From Pseudomonadota bacterium (GTDB taxonomy: Bacteria > Bdellovibrionota_B > Oligoflexia > Oligoflexales > CAIYRB01): DNA of 29,288 nt. A program made the position numbers and the translations under genes. Below, piece after piece: positions 1 through 8,664 of this stretch (the stretch's first letter is position 1; each line of letters begins with the position of its first letter). A model generated the notes under the pieces. The model was not told the DNA's origin. It saw only the letters and a list, made by a program, of their open reading frames with translations, and made no database searches. The stretch spans positions 1 through 29,288 of the forward strand of contig JANOTL010000168.1 of assembly GCA_031416315.1 (NCBI GenBank). Reading direction: 5' to 3'.

Positions 1-401
1 ACGGCGACCACGATTGCCAGAGGCTTACACTTCGAGTGCTCGAAGGTCTCCATCTCGTCGAAGGTGACGGTGGGGAGGCAGTCGCCGCGGGCTACCGCAG
101 TGGCGTTGTTTTGCGCGGCCTTTGACCCGAGACGGCGCAGCTTTCTTGCCACAGTCTTCCTATGGATTCCCAAGATTCGCGCGCAGCCGCGCTGCGAGAC
201 GCCTTCGTTGAGGGTGCGCGCGAGCACCTGGTCGACGTGCGGCTTTCGCTCGCGATAGGTGAGAGTGCCTGTCTGCGTCGAGAAGCGTCGGCCGCAGCTG
301 TGGCAATGGAAGCGTTGGATTCTCTCAGCGCGCGTCGCCTGCTTGCGAAAAAAGCCGCACTTCGTGACTTCGGCGGCCGCATTTTGGCACAAAGGACACA
401 T
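1..401 (-). CDS. IS1-like transposase, N-terminal 133 codons (absent from the ORF track because it is cut by the window edge)
   Basis: Manual translation: MCPLCQNAAAEVTKCGFFRKQATRAERIQRFHCHSCGRRFSTQTGTLTYRERKPHVDQVLARTLNEGVSQRGCARILGIHRKTVARKLRRLG...TFDEMETFEHSKCKPLAIVVA. Shows a Zn ribbon (CxxC...CxxC), an HTH and the first catalytic Asp. GGAGG at 411-407. Clear paralog of 8764..9687 and 26690..27601. Confidence 0.92.
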   Translation of the reverse strand, partial: MCPLCQNAAAEVTKCGFFRKQATRAERIQRFHCHSCGRRFSTQTGTLTYRERKPHVDQVLARTLNEGVSQRGCARILGIHRKTVARKLRRLGSKAAQNNATAVARGDCLPTVTFDEMETFEHSKCKPLAIVVA

Positions 402-496
402 GTCTGCCTCCTAGGAAAGGAGGCAAGATCGCGAAAACGCGACCGCAATCGAAGCGACATCCCATGTCCGGCCCAACAATTAGGTAGGCCAGTTTA
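1..496 (-). mobile_element. IS1-related insertion sequence, copy 1 (partial, runs off window start)
   Basis: Minus-strand end reads CA-TAAACTGGCCTACCTAATTGTTGGGCCGGACATG. It shares AAACTGGCC and TGGGCCGGACATG with the upstream end of copy 3, and lies 95 bp upstream of a transposase ATG. Confidence 0.8.
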
Positions 497-689
497 TGTT
501 TTGTCGTCGGGTCCCCGCCGTAAGTGCCTTGTCTCCATTTTCCTTCAAAGATCCCCGCCCATTTCCGCGCCGAAAGTTCGCAGCAAAGACGGGCTGAAAC
601 GACCTCATTTCGTCTAAGGATGCGCGCGGCGCGATGGCACACCGATAGGAGTTTTTCAGGTCCTAGCGCGGAACGCCGCGAACTTTGAA

Positions 690-1907
690 ATGAGTCACAC
701 CATGGTGCTGCACAAAGCTCTGTTCATGATCGCCATCCTGGCGACGACGACGACGACTGGCTGCGATCGCGAAGATGACGCAAGCGACGACTCCACCGAG
801 ACTCCGACTACACCGAGCGCGCCAGTCGCCGCTAACGCGCCGCTGGATCCTGCGTCTCCCGCTGCCCCCGCGACGCCTTCGATCACGCCCTTGCCTGCGT
901 CCGCTTCGATGCCCCCCGCTTCGTCGGATGCGACAGGCGCCCCGACCGTCGTCGCCACGAGCCCGCTCGGCGGCGCCGTCGGCGTCGCGATCAACCGCAG
1001 CATCACCGCGACGTTCAGCGAAGCGCTCGACCCGGCGACGATCGACGCCTCGACCTTCGTCCTGATGCAGGGCAACGCGCCGGTCTCCGGCACGGTCACG
1101 TTCCTCGGCCGCGTTGCGACCTTCGAGCCAGACGCCGATCTCATGGTCGACTCGATCTATGCCGCCACGCTGACGACCGGCGTCAAAGACCTCGCCGGCA
1201 ACGCGCTCGCCGCGGAAAATTCCTGGAGCTTCACCTCCGGCGCGGTCGCGGCGCTCGGGCCCGACCCGGTGGCGCTCGGCACCGCGGGGAACTTCGTCAT
1301 CCTCTCGAAGGCCGGAATCACCAACGTCGCGACTTCTGCGATCACCGGCAACATCGGCACGAGCCCGATTACCGGCGCCTCCATCGTCGGACTCGACTGC
1401 GTGCAAGTCGTCGGGACCGTGTTCGAGGTCGATCCCACGGGCCCGGCTTGCGGCACCGTCGACTCGGTCTATCTGACGACCGCCGTCAGTGACATGGAGA
1501 TCGCCTATACGGATGCAGCGGGGCGCACGACACCCGATACTACAGAGCTGGGCGCGGGCGAGCTCGGCGGCTTGACTCTGCTGGCGGGCCTCCACAAGTG
1601 GAGCTCGAACGTCACCGTCTCGACCGATCTGAAGCTCTCGGGCGGCGCCAACGACGTCTGGATCCTCCAGATCGCCGGCGACCTGACCCAAGCGAACGGC
1701 ATCCGCGTGACGTTGGAAGGCGGCGCCCTAGCTAAGAACGTCTTCTGGCAAGTCGCGGGTCAGGTCGACATCGGCACGACGGCGCACGTCGAAGGCACGA
1801 TCCTCACGCAGACCAACATCGCGATGAAGACCGGCGCGACGATGAACGGGCGAGCGCTAGCCCAGACTGCCGTCACGCTGCAAAGCAACACGATCGCTGC
1901 CCCATGA
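690..1907 (+). CDS. Ice-binding (DUF3494) family lipoprotein with Pro/Ala-rich linker and bacterial Ig-like (Big_5/SbsA-type) domain
   Basis: Lipobox-like TTGC (Cys25). Ig-like APTVVATSP...ITATFSEALDPATI...TTGVKDLAGNAL. DUF3494 hallmarks PVALGTAGNFVILSKAGI, GGANDVWILQIAGDL, KNVFWQVAG, NGRALAQTAVTL. Confidence 0.9.
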   Translation: MSHTMVLHKALFMIAILATTTTTGCDREDDASDDSTETPTTPSAPVAANAPLDPASPAAPATPSITPLPASASMPPASSDATGAPTVVATSPLGGAVGVAINRSITATFSEALDPATIDASTFVLMQGNAPVSGTVTFLGRVATFEPDADLMVDSIYAATLTTGVKDLAGNALAAENSWSFTSGAVAALGPDPVALGTAGNFVILSKAGITNVATSAITGNIGTSPITGASIVGLDCVQVVGTVFEVDPTGPACGTVDSVYLTTAVSDMEIAYTDAAGRTTPDTTELGAGELGGLTLLAGLHKWSSNVTVSTDLKLSGGANDVWILQIAGDLTQANGIRVTLEGGALAKNVFWQVAGQVDIGTTAHVEGTILTQTNIAMKTGATMNGRALAQTAVTLQSNTIAAP

Positions 1908-2300
1908 GTCGCTCTCGGCCTCGCCGAAAAACCCCGCGACGGCCTGCCTCAGGCCTCGCGGCCCGCTTTCTTTCGCGACCAAGCCGACGGCGTCGAGCTC
2001 TTTGATCGGATCCTGGCTCGAGTCGAACTCACACGAGTAGATCATGACCGGGATGTCGCGGAGCCGCGGATCGAGGCGCTGCAACGCGCGAAAATGGAAG
2101 CCGTCCATGACCGGCATGCGCAGGTCCAGGACGATGAGCTCCGGCGCCTCGTTTTCCTGAAGGTAGTCGAGCGCCTCCAAACCGTTGCGAGCCTCGGCAA
2201 CCCGAAAGTTGCTGCGAGCAAACGACGCGCGGAAGATCTGACGAAAATCGTCGGAATCCTCGACGAGAAGAATGACTGGTGGCCCGTTGGACCGTGGCAT
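1857..2300 (-). CDS. Single-domain (CheY-like) response regulator
   Basis: ILLVEDS, LIVLDLRMPVMDG (phospho-Asp), IPVMIYS, VAK. Downstream of the hybrid kinase on the same strand. Confidence 0.88.
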   Translation of the reverse strand: MPRSNGPPVILLVEDSDDFRQIFRASFARSNFRVAEARNGLEALDYLQENEAPELIVLDLRMPVMDGFHFRALQRLDPRLRDIPVMIYSCEFDSSQDPIKELDAVGLVAKESGPRGLRQAVAGFFGEAESDSWGSDRVALQRDGSLG

Positions 2301-2435
2301 GGCCGGCTCGCGCGTTCAGATTGACGATGTCGTGGGGCTTCCCAAGATTCGTATCGCGTCCGCTCGGCAAAGTGAAGACGCGGCCGAGCCAATCTGTTGC
2401 GAGCCGCCGCAACAAGAGGGCTTGAGGCGCGCAAT

Positions 2436-4130
2436 CTAAGCGTTTTTTACGACCTGAGGCGATTGGCGCTTGAGCAAGAGCAAGTTCGCGACGGCTTCCC
2501 GAACATCTCGCGCCAGCGCCGGCTTCCCGAGATGCAGATTGAAGCCCGCCGCGATTGCGTTGACCTTGTCGCGCTCGGTGACGAAGCCGGAGAGCGCGAC
2601 GGCCGGAACCTCGCTGCCGAGGCGGCGGCATCTCTGCATGAACGTAAGCCCATCTTCCGTCGGCATGCCGATGTCGCAGATGATGATGTCGATCGTGTTC
2701 GCCGCCAAAGCCTCGCGCGCCGCGCTCGCCGAGTCCGCCTCGACGACCTCAACGCCGTCTCGACGCAGGATCGTCGACACGAGGCGCCGGCTGTCGGGCT
2801 CGTCATCAACGACGAGGATGCGATTCTTGCTGACGGGCGCGGCGACGGCAGCCTTCCCCTCGGCGGGCGCGTCGGTCGCGTCTGCTTCCGCCAGCGGCAT
2901 CCAAACCCGAAACGTCGCGCCCTGGCCCTGGCCGCGGCTTGTCGCCTCGATCGTGCCGCCGTGCATCTCGACAATGTGCGCGACGATCGAGAGGCCGAGG
3001 CCGAGCCCGCCGAACTTGCGCGTGAACGAGCCGTCCTGCTGGCGGAAGCGGTCGAACACGTGCGGCAGGAACGTCGCGTCGATGCCGACGCCGGTGTCTT
3101 TGACCTGGATGACGATGCCGCCGGCCTCTAGGCTTAGGCTCGCCTCGATCCTGCCGCCCTCCGGCGTGAACTTCACCGCGTTGGACAAGAGGTTCCAAAC
3201 GACTTGCTGCAGGCGGCGGCTGTCGGCGAGCACCTCGGCATTCTTCAGGTCGGTGATGAGATGCAAGGTCTGCCGCTTCGCCTTCACCATCGGTTGGAAT
3301 GACTCGAGCGCTTCCGAGACAAGGCGAACGACGTCCTCGGGCTTCTTCTCCAGGATCAGCTTGCCGGAGATGATGCGCGAAACGTCGAGGATGTCGTCGA
3401 TCAAGTCGCGCTGCAAGTTGGCGTTCCGGACGATGGTCGCGAGGGCGGTGTTGAATTCCTCGGAGCCTGGCTCTTCCTGAGGCAGAAGCCCGGCGAAGCC
3501 CAGAATCGCGTTCAACGGCGTCCGCAGCTCGTGCGACAACGTCGCCAGAAAAACGTCTTTCAGGCGGTTCGCCGCCTCCGCGTCCTCTCGCGCCTCGGTC
3601 TCTCGGGCGAGGGCCAAGCCTAGCTCGCGGTTTGCGCCTTCGGTAGCGAGCTTCGCGGCGCGTACTTGACGCAGCAGATCCTCGCGCTCGGCCTCGGCGC
3701 GCCGGCGCTCGAGTTGGCGCCTGCGCGCGTGCAACGCCGAGCGGATGGCCGACAGAATGATCCGCGGGCTCGTCGGCCGCTCGAGGAGCGTCAGATGCCC
3801 TTTTCGATCGAGCGTGTCCAAAACGTCGAAGAGCGCCTTCGACTGCCTTTTCGCCTTCCCGTAACAGACAACAATCGGCAGATCGGACCACGAGGGCTGC
3901 GCCCCGATGGTGCGGAGGAGAGTCTCGACGTCCGTCGGATCCTCCAGCGCCTCCTCGGTCAGGAAGACGGCGCCGACGCCGCGCTCCACCTCGGCACATA
4001 GCTGACGCATCGTGAGCGTCGCCTGGCTCTCCAAGCCGTTGCGGATCAGCGCGTCGCGGACGAGCACGCCGTCTCGCCCCACCGGAGCGCGGACCAGAAC
4101 CCTAAGCTCCGTCTCAATCACGTTTGCCAC
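2436..4130 (-). CDS. Hybrid sensor histidine kinase (degenerate N-terminal receiver-like domain, HisKA, HATPase_c, C-terminal REC)
   Basis: LSHELRTPL H-box, NLLSNAVKFT N-box, DTGVGI, GGLGLGL, REC ILVVDDE...ICDIGMP...GKP. GTG start overlaps the kaiC-like gene end by 17 nt. Confidence 0.93.
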   Translation of the reverse strand: MANVIETELRVLVRAPVGRDGVLVRDALIRNGLESQATLTMRQLCAEVERGVGAVFLTEEALEDPTDVETLLRTIGAQPSWSDLPIVVCYGKAKRQSKALFDVLDTLDRKGHLTLLERPTSPRIILSAIRSALHARRRQLERRRAEAEREDLLRQVRAAKLATEGANRELGLALARETEAREDAEAANRLKDVFLATLSHELRTPLNAILGFAGLLPQEEPGSEEFNTALATIVRNANLQRDLIDDILDVSRIISGKLILEKKPEDVVRLVSEALESFQPMVKAKRQTLHLITDLKNAEVLADSRRLQQVVWNLLSNAVKFTPEGGRIEASLSLEAGGIVIQVKDTGVGIDATFLPHVFDRFRQQDGSFTRKFGGLGLGLSIVAHIVEMHGGTIEATSRGQGQGATFRVWMPLAEADATDAPAEGKAAVAAPVSKNRILVVDDEPDSRRLVSTILRRDGVEVVEADSASAAREALAANTIDIIICDIGMPTEDGLTFMQRCRRLGSEVPAVALSGFVTERDKVNAIAAGFNLHLGKPALARDVREAVANLLLLKRQSPQVVKNA

Positions 4131-5601
4131 CGATCAGCTCCGTCGAGAGGCCGACGAACACCGGGACGCCGTTCAGGACGCCCTGAAAATTGCTTAGCGG
4201 GGCGCCGATCGCGATCGACTTCGGCGCCAGCCTGAACTCGCGGATCGTGGTCTCGTGGGGACCGGTCCGCTTCTTGATGACCGAGATGGCTTTCTTGATC
4301 TCGCCCGCAGCCTCGAAATACCGCATCAAGATGACGCTATCCGCGAGATAGCTGATGTCAGTCGGCGTCTCGAGCGCATTCCCGAGCAAACCGTGTTGCG
4401 TCAGGATCAAGAGCGTCAGGAAGCCATGATGATTCAGAAAGCTCAAGAGCTCGTGCATCTGCACGGTGAGAAGGCTCGCTTCAGGCATCGAGGCGAGATA
4501 GCCCGCGAGGCTGTCGATGACGATCACCCGCGTCCCGTCCTGCTCGACCGACCCGCGCACCAGATGCGCGAATTCGCCCGGGGACAGCTCCGCAGGGTCG
4601 ATCTGCTTCACGATGATGCGCCCGGCGTCGACGTGGCGCTTGAGATCGATGCCCAAGCCCTCGGAGCGGGTGAAGAGAGCGTCACTACTCTCGTCGAAAG
4701 TGAAGATCACCGCGTGCTCGCCACGCGCGGCCGCGGCGGCGGCGTAAAGCGAGCCGATCACCGACTTGCCTGAGCCGACGGGTCCGAGCAGCAAGGCGCT
4801 CGTGCCACGCTGTAGGCCACCACCGAGGAGCATGTCGAGGGAGGTGAGCCCGCTCGATACCGCCTCTTTCTCGTAGGACGCGCGATGCTCCGCGGCGACG
4901 AGCCGCGGGAAGACGCACAATCCGCCGGTCTCGATCAGAAAGTCATGGAGGCCGGAGACGAAGTTGACGCCGCGGAGCTTCGCGACCTCGAGCTGCCTTC
5001 GCGCCCCGCCGTACCGGGGAGAGGTCTTCGTCAAAGAGATCACGCCGTGAACGATGCTGTGCATTTGCAAGTCGGCTTTGTCGCGCGAGCTATCGTCGAG
5101 CAACATCACGGTGCAGCCGCGGGTCACGAGCGCCTGCTTCAAGGCGAGAATTTGCCGCCGGTAGCGCGAAGGGCTCTGCGACAAAAGACGCATCTCCGAA
5201 AGCGAGTCGAAGACGACGCGGCTCGGCTTCACGCGCTCGATCTCGGCGAGCAGCTGGCTCGTGAGCCGGTTGAGTTCCAAGTCGGAGGCGTGGAAGACGG
5301 TGACCTGCTCCGACTCGGCGAAAAGCTCCTCCGACGGCACGAACTCGAAGATCGAGACCTTATCGAGCGCAAGACCGTGCGTCCGCGCCGCGCCTTCGAT
5401 CTCCCGTCTAGACTCGGAGAGCGTGATGTAGAGCGACGATTCGCCGAGGCGCACGCCTTCGAGCAAGAACTGCAAGGACAAGGTCGTCTTGCCGGCGCCC
5501 GGCATGCCCTCGACCAGGTAGACGCAGCCACGCGGCAAGCCGCCGCGAAGGATGATGTCGAGGCCTTCGATCCCGGTGGTGCTACGCGGCGGCTGTTCCA
5601 T
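4114..5601 (-). CDS. kaiC: KaiC-like double-domain RecA-superfamily ATPase
   Basis: Two P-loops (GMPGAGKT, GPVGSGKS), Walker B VVFDS/IVIDS, KLRG and KKRTG motifs, DISYLADSVI. Start placed at ATG 5601 (MEQPPRSTTGIEGLD), GGAG upstream. Confidence 0.9.
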   Translation of the reverse strand: MEQPPRSTTGIEGLDIILRGGLPRGCVYLVEGMPGAGKTTLSLQFLLEGVRLGESSLYITLSESRREIEGAARTHGLALDKVSIFEFVPSEELFAESEQVTVFHASDLELNRLTSQLLAEIERVKPSRVVFDSLSEMRLLSQSPSRYRRQILALKQALVTRGCTVMLLDDSSRDKADLQMHSIVHGVISLTKTSPRYGGARRQLEVAKLRGVNFVSGLHDFLIETGGLCVFPRLVAAEHRASYEKEAVSSGLTSLDMLLGGGLQRGTSALLLGPVGSGKSVIGSLYAAAAAARGEHAVIFTFDESSDALFTRSEGLGIDLKRHVDAGRIIVKQIDPAELSPGEFAHLVRGSVEQDGTRVIVIDSLAGYLASMPEASLLTVQMHELLSFLNHHGFLTLLILTQHGLLGNALETPTDISYLADSVILMRYFEAAGEIKKAISVIKKRTGPHETTIREFRLAPKSIAIGAPLSNFQGVLNGVPVFVGLSTELIGGKRD

Positions 5602-5735
5602 GAAAACCAGAGCTCCGTTTTTGGCGAAACGCCCCGCCAAAGTATCATGGGCGGACGCGCCTCGTCTCCCCGATCCGAAGACGACCATTCCGACTTCCTT
5701 GATCGCGGCCCAAGAGTGAGGCCTCCATCCCCGCC

Positions 5736-5752
5736 TGCAAAAAAGTCACCTT
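5736..5752 (-). promoter_or_regulatory. Possible sigma54 -24/-12 promoter for the kaiC-like operon
   Basis: Minus strand AAGGTGACTTTTTTGCA: GG-N10-GC with TTGC, but a weak -24 element. Confidence 0.3.
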
Positions 5753-5903
5753 CGGCGGAGGCGACTTAAGACGCCTTCGCCAGCCAGAAGGGCGGCCGAA
5801 GGCGGACGCAACGCGCGGTCGATGCCGTCGTCTTCGGCCTGGATCTTGAATGGTCCCGCCGGCAGGAATCTGCGGCGCCATCATCCAATTCCGGGAGATA
5901 GAT

Positions 5904-6506
5904 ATGCCCCATGCGCTAAAGGACAAGGTCGTCGTCGTCGCCGGAGGCGAAAGCCTCACGACGCGACGGGTGATCGAGCGGCTGCGAAAGGAAGGCGCCA
6001 AGGTCTCCAGCTGCCTCGCCAACGACAGCGGCGACATCTTCTCGTTCCTTGCCAAGAGCGGCCTAGACGTTCACTTGCCCGACGCCGTCGTGGCGATGAC
6101 TTGCAGGCCCCAAGATGCGTCCCTCGCGATGGCCATCCAGCGCCCGCAAGCCCTCGTGCCGCTGCTCGCGAAGAAGCCGCGGACAAGCTACGTTCTCGTC
6201 TGCGAGCCGGCTGCCGGCCCGTCGCGGGACGTCGCGGAGGCGGTCGCGACGTGCGAGATGAACCTCGCCCTCAGCCTGTCGATGAGGACCGCCGGCAATC
6301 CCGCCGTGCGCAACCTTTCCCTCTCGATCGGAACGGGGTCGGACGACGGCGACGAAGACTATCTGACGGCGGAGAACTTTTGCGATGCCCTGGTCTTGTT
6401 GCTGAGCTCGCCCGAGATCGCGAGGGGCGAAGTCCAGATCGGCCACGATTGGCGGCGTAAGCTCGACATCGCTTCAGGCGCAGACGAGTACTCCAGCTAT
6501 CTTTGA
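5904..6506 (+). CDS. Degenerate short-chain dehydrogenase/Rossmann-like protein
   Basis: GGAG plus ATG at 5904. N-terminus LKDKVVVVAGG...VIERLRKEGAKV and C-terminal LTAENFCDALVLLLS resemble SDRs. GxxxGxG and YxxxK are not evident. Confidence 0.55.
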   Translation: MPHALKDKVVVVAGGESLTTRRVIERLRKEGAKVSSCLANDSGDIFSFLAKSGLDVHLPDAVVAMTCRPQDASLAMAIQRPQALVPLLAKKPRTSYVLVCEPAAGPSRDVAEAVATCEMNLALSLSMRTAGNPAVRNLSLSIGTGSDDGDEDYLTAENFCDALVLLLSSPEIARGEVQIGHDWRRKLDIASGADEYSSYL

Positions 6507-6661
6507 TGAGAGCCAAGCCACCGCGGTGGAACAGATGACACGCGTGCCCTACACTCGCGCGTGCCGACGAGGCTAGTCACGAACGTCGCGACCTCACGAA
6601 GAGACACGTGCCGCGCTCGGCCTACAGCTCCGGGTAAGCGCTGCGCTGGACGCCGCCGACG

Positions 6662-6677
6662 CGGCGCTCTTTTTGCA
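6662..6677 (+). promoter_or_regulatory. Putative sigma54 promoter of the disrupted katE-like gene
   Basis: CGGCGCTCTTTTTGCA (GG 6663-6664, GC 6675-6676), 43 nt upstream of a GGAG-preceded ATG at 6719. Confidence 0.45.
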
Positions 6678-6718
6678 TGAGGTCCGCACCCCGCTTGTCC
6701 AACTCCTGGAGTCGTCCC

Positions 6719-6735
6719 ATGGCGCAAAAAAAAAT
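6719..6735 (+). pseudogene. N-terminal codons (MAQKKM...) of the gene interrupted by ISL3, probably the katE remnant
   Basis: GGAG 6708-6711 plus ATG 6719. Removing ISL3 and one TSD gives ATG GCG CAA AAA AAA ATG AAC CCG AAC AAC CTG..., which joins the catalase C-terminal fragment out of frame. Confidence 0.5.
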
Positions 6736-6860
6736 GGGTCCTCCGCCGAATGTGTGGATAGCTGGGCAGCTATCGCGCGGCTGCCATGATCGCCGAGACG
6801 CGAGCGTAGCGGCCGCTTGATAGCCCAATGCCCGCGTCAGACGCAGGCATTGGGCTTCGG

Positions 6861-6959
6861 GACCTTTCCTTCGGCGCCCTCGGCGCTTCGGCGGTCGTCC
6901 GAAACGACGCTTCGGACGACCGCCGAGGCGCCGAGGAGCGGAAACGCCGAGGGGAAGTC
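6861..6959. repeat. Long inverted repeat in the ISL3 leader
   Basis: 6878-6903 CCTCGGCGCTTCGGCGGTCGTCCGAA pairs with 6911-6936 (25/26 Watson-Crick plus one G-U, 7-nt loop). Outer stem 6861-6876 with 6945-6959. Confidence 0.85.
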
Positions 6960-7065
6960 TATCGGGCAAGAGTCTTGGACGGATTGGACGAGTTGGAGGT
7001 GCAGCCGGCACTCGGTTCTGAGATGACGAGGTTGCGAAGCCATCGACAATCAGAGCGGAGCCGGC

Positions 7066-8322
7066 GTGCAGCTCAAGGCTATCCTCAATTCCATCGAAAA
7101 GCACAAGGGCTTTGTCTACGACGGCGTCTGCTGGGACGCGACCGCCGCCGACAAGACGCTGCTCATCGACGTCCGTCCCCGCCGCGGCAGCCGAGGTTAC
7201 TGTTCGGGCTGCGGCGAGCGCTCGCGTACCTACGACACGATGAAGCCACGACGCTTTCAGTTCGTGCCGCTGTGGGGCATTCTCGTCTTCTTCGTCTACG
7301 CGATGCGCCGCATCGACTGCGAGAGATGCGGTGTCACCGTCGAGATGGTCCCGTGGGCGGACGGCAAGAAGCGGATCACCAAGACCTTCGGCTGGTTTCT
7401 CGCGACGTGGGCCAGGAGCCTCTCGTGGAAGGACACCGCCGAGGCCTTCCAGACGAGCTGGGACACGGTCTTCCGAGCTGTCGAAGTCGCGGTTGAATGG
7501 GGACGATCGCGCCTCGACCTCACCGGTATCACCGCCATCGGCGTCGACGAGATCATGTGGCAACGGGGACACGAGTATCTGACGCTGGTCTATCAGATCG
7601 ACACGCACTGCAAGCGTCTCCTTTGGATCGGTCAACATCGCTCCGAGGAGACGATCAAAGCCTTCTTCACTTGGTTCACGCCTGAGCGCGCAATGGCGCT
7701 GAGCTACATCTGCTCCGACATGTGGAAGCCCTACCTGAAGGTCATCGCCAAGCGCGCGCCGGGCGCGATCCACGTGCTCGATCGGTTCCACATCATGTCG
7801 CACTTCTCGAAGGCGATCGACGAGGTGCGCGCCGACGAAGCGCGCAAGTTGAAGCAGGCCGGCAAGGAGCCGGTATTGAAGGGCTCGCGCTGGTGCTGGC
7901 TGAAGCGCCCCGAGAACCTGACCGACAACCAGGAAGCGAAGCTCGCCGACCTCGTACAAATGAACCTCAAGACGGTGAAGAGCTACCTCTTGAAGGAGGA
8001 TTTTCAGAACTTCTGGGAGTACACGTATCCAGCTGCGGCCGGGCGATTCCTCGACCAGTGGTGTTTCCGCACGATGCGTTCGAAGATCGATCCCATAAAG
8101 ACGGTCGCCCGTATGCTGCGCTCGCATCGCGATCTGCTGCTCAACTGGTTTCACGCCAAGGGGACGATTTCCGCCGGGATCGTCGAGGGCATGAACAACA
8201 AGGTCAAAGTGACTACCAGAAAAGCCTACGGCTTCCGTAGCTACCGCGCCGTGCGATTGGCGCTATATCACAACCTTGGCGGCCTGCCCGAGCCGGAGTT
8301 CACCCACAGATTCTGCGGTTGA
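7066..8322 (+). CDS. ISL3-family transposase
   Basis: Zn finger CSGC...CERC, AIGVDE, ICSDMW, DRFH, VEGMNNKVK..TRKAYGFR. Intact 418 aa with GTG start. Confidence 0.95.
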   Translation: MQLKAILNSIEKHKGFVYDGVCWDATAADKTLLIDVRPRRGSRGYCSGCGERSRTYDTMKPRRFQFVPLWGILVFFVYAMRRIDCERCGVTVEMVPWADGKKRITKTFGWFLATWARSLSWKDTAEAFQTSWDTVFRAVEVAVEWGRSRLDLTGITAIGVDEIMWQRGHEYLTLVYQIDTHCKRLLWIGQHRSEETIKAFFTWFTPERAMALSYICSDMWKPYLKVIAKRAPGAIHVLDRFHIMSHFSKAIDEVRADEARKLKQAGKEPVLKGSRWCWLKRPENLTDNQEAKLADLVQMNLKTVKSYLLKEDFQNFWEYTYPAAAGRFLDQWCFRTMRSKIDPIKTVARMLRSHRDLLLNWFHAKGTISAGIVEGMNNKVKVTTRKAYGFRSYRAVRLALYHNLGGLPEPEFTHRFCG

Positions 8323-8333
8323 GGCAAAAAAAT

Positions 8334-8664
8334 GAACCCGAACAACCTGCCCCTCGATCGCGGTGTTGTTCGACGCTCTGGCCGTGCCCGGCGGCAAGGC
8401 CGCCGTCAACCTCCTCGGTAAGCTCGGCCATGCCCTCGAGTTCATCAAAGATCAATACCGCCACGCCAAGCCGATCCTCGCGCTCGGCGAGGGCGCGGAC
8501 CTCGTCGAGAACGCCGGCGCGTCCGCCAAGCTCTCTTCCGACGCCGACGACCCGGGCATGATCGTCGACCGGAAATGCAGTACCGCGAAGCTCCTCGGCG
8601 CCTTCGTCGAGGCCATCGCCAAGCATCGTCACCACGAGCGCGAGATGGATCCGCCGCCCTCTAA
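8334..8664 (+). pseudogene. katE: C-terminal GATase1/DJ-1-like domain fragment of large-subunit catalase (HPII/KatE type)
   Basis: VLFDALAVPGG...ALEFIKDQYRHAKPILALGEG...FVEAIAKHRHHEREMDPPP matches the KatE C-terminus. No heme catalase core is present on either side. Confidence 0.8.

Larger units (their letters stand above)
6736..8325 (+). mobile_element. ISL3-family insertion sequence, complete (1590 bp)
   Basis: IRL GGGTCCTCCGCCGAATGTGTGGAT versus IRR reverse complement GCCTCAACCGCAGAATCTGTGGGT (17/24). Perfect 8-bp TSD AAAAAAAT at 6728-6735 and 8326-8333. Confidence 0.93.

Noticed and set aside
635..651. TGGCACA as a sigma54 promoter for the ice-binding gene
   Set aside because: The -12 position reads TAGG rather than TTGC.
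4114..5601. A true circadian clock
   Set aside because: No kaiA or kaiB in the window, and the S/T phosphosite pair is S/Y.
6828..7496. Possible ISL3 passenger ORF
   Set aside because: It overlaps the transposase out of frame and runs through the hairpins, with no recognisable domain.
6622..8154. 510-aa antisense ORF over the ISL3 transposase, and other long shadow ORFs (663..1691, 2806..3999, 17688..18734, 22052..23092, 24304..25317)
   Set aside because: They overlap well-supported genes, are Arg/Gly/Ala-rich with no motifs, and are expected from GC-rich codon bias.
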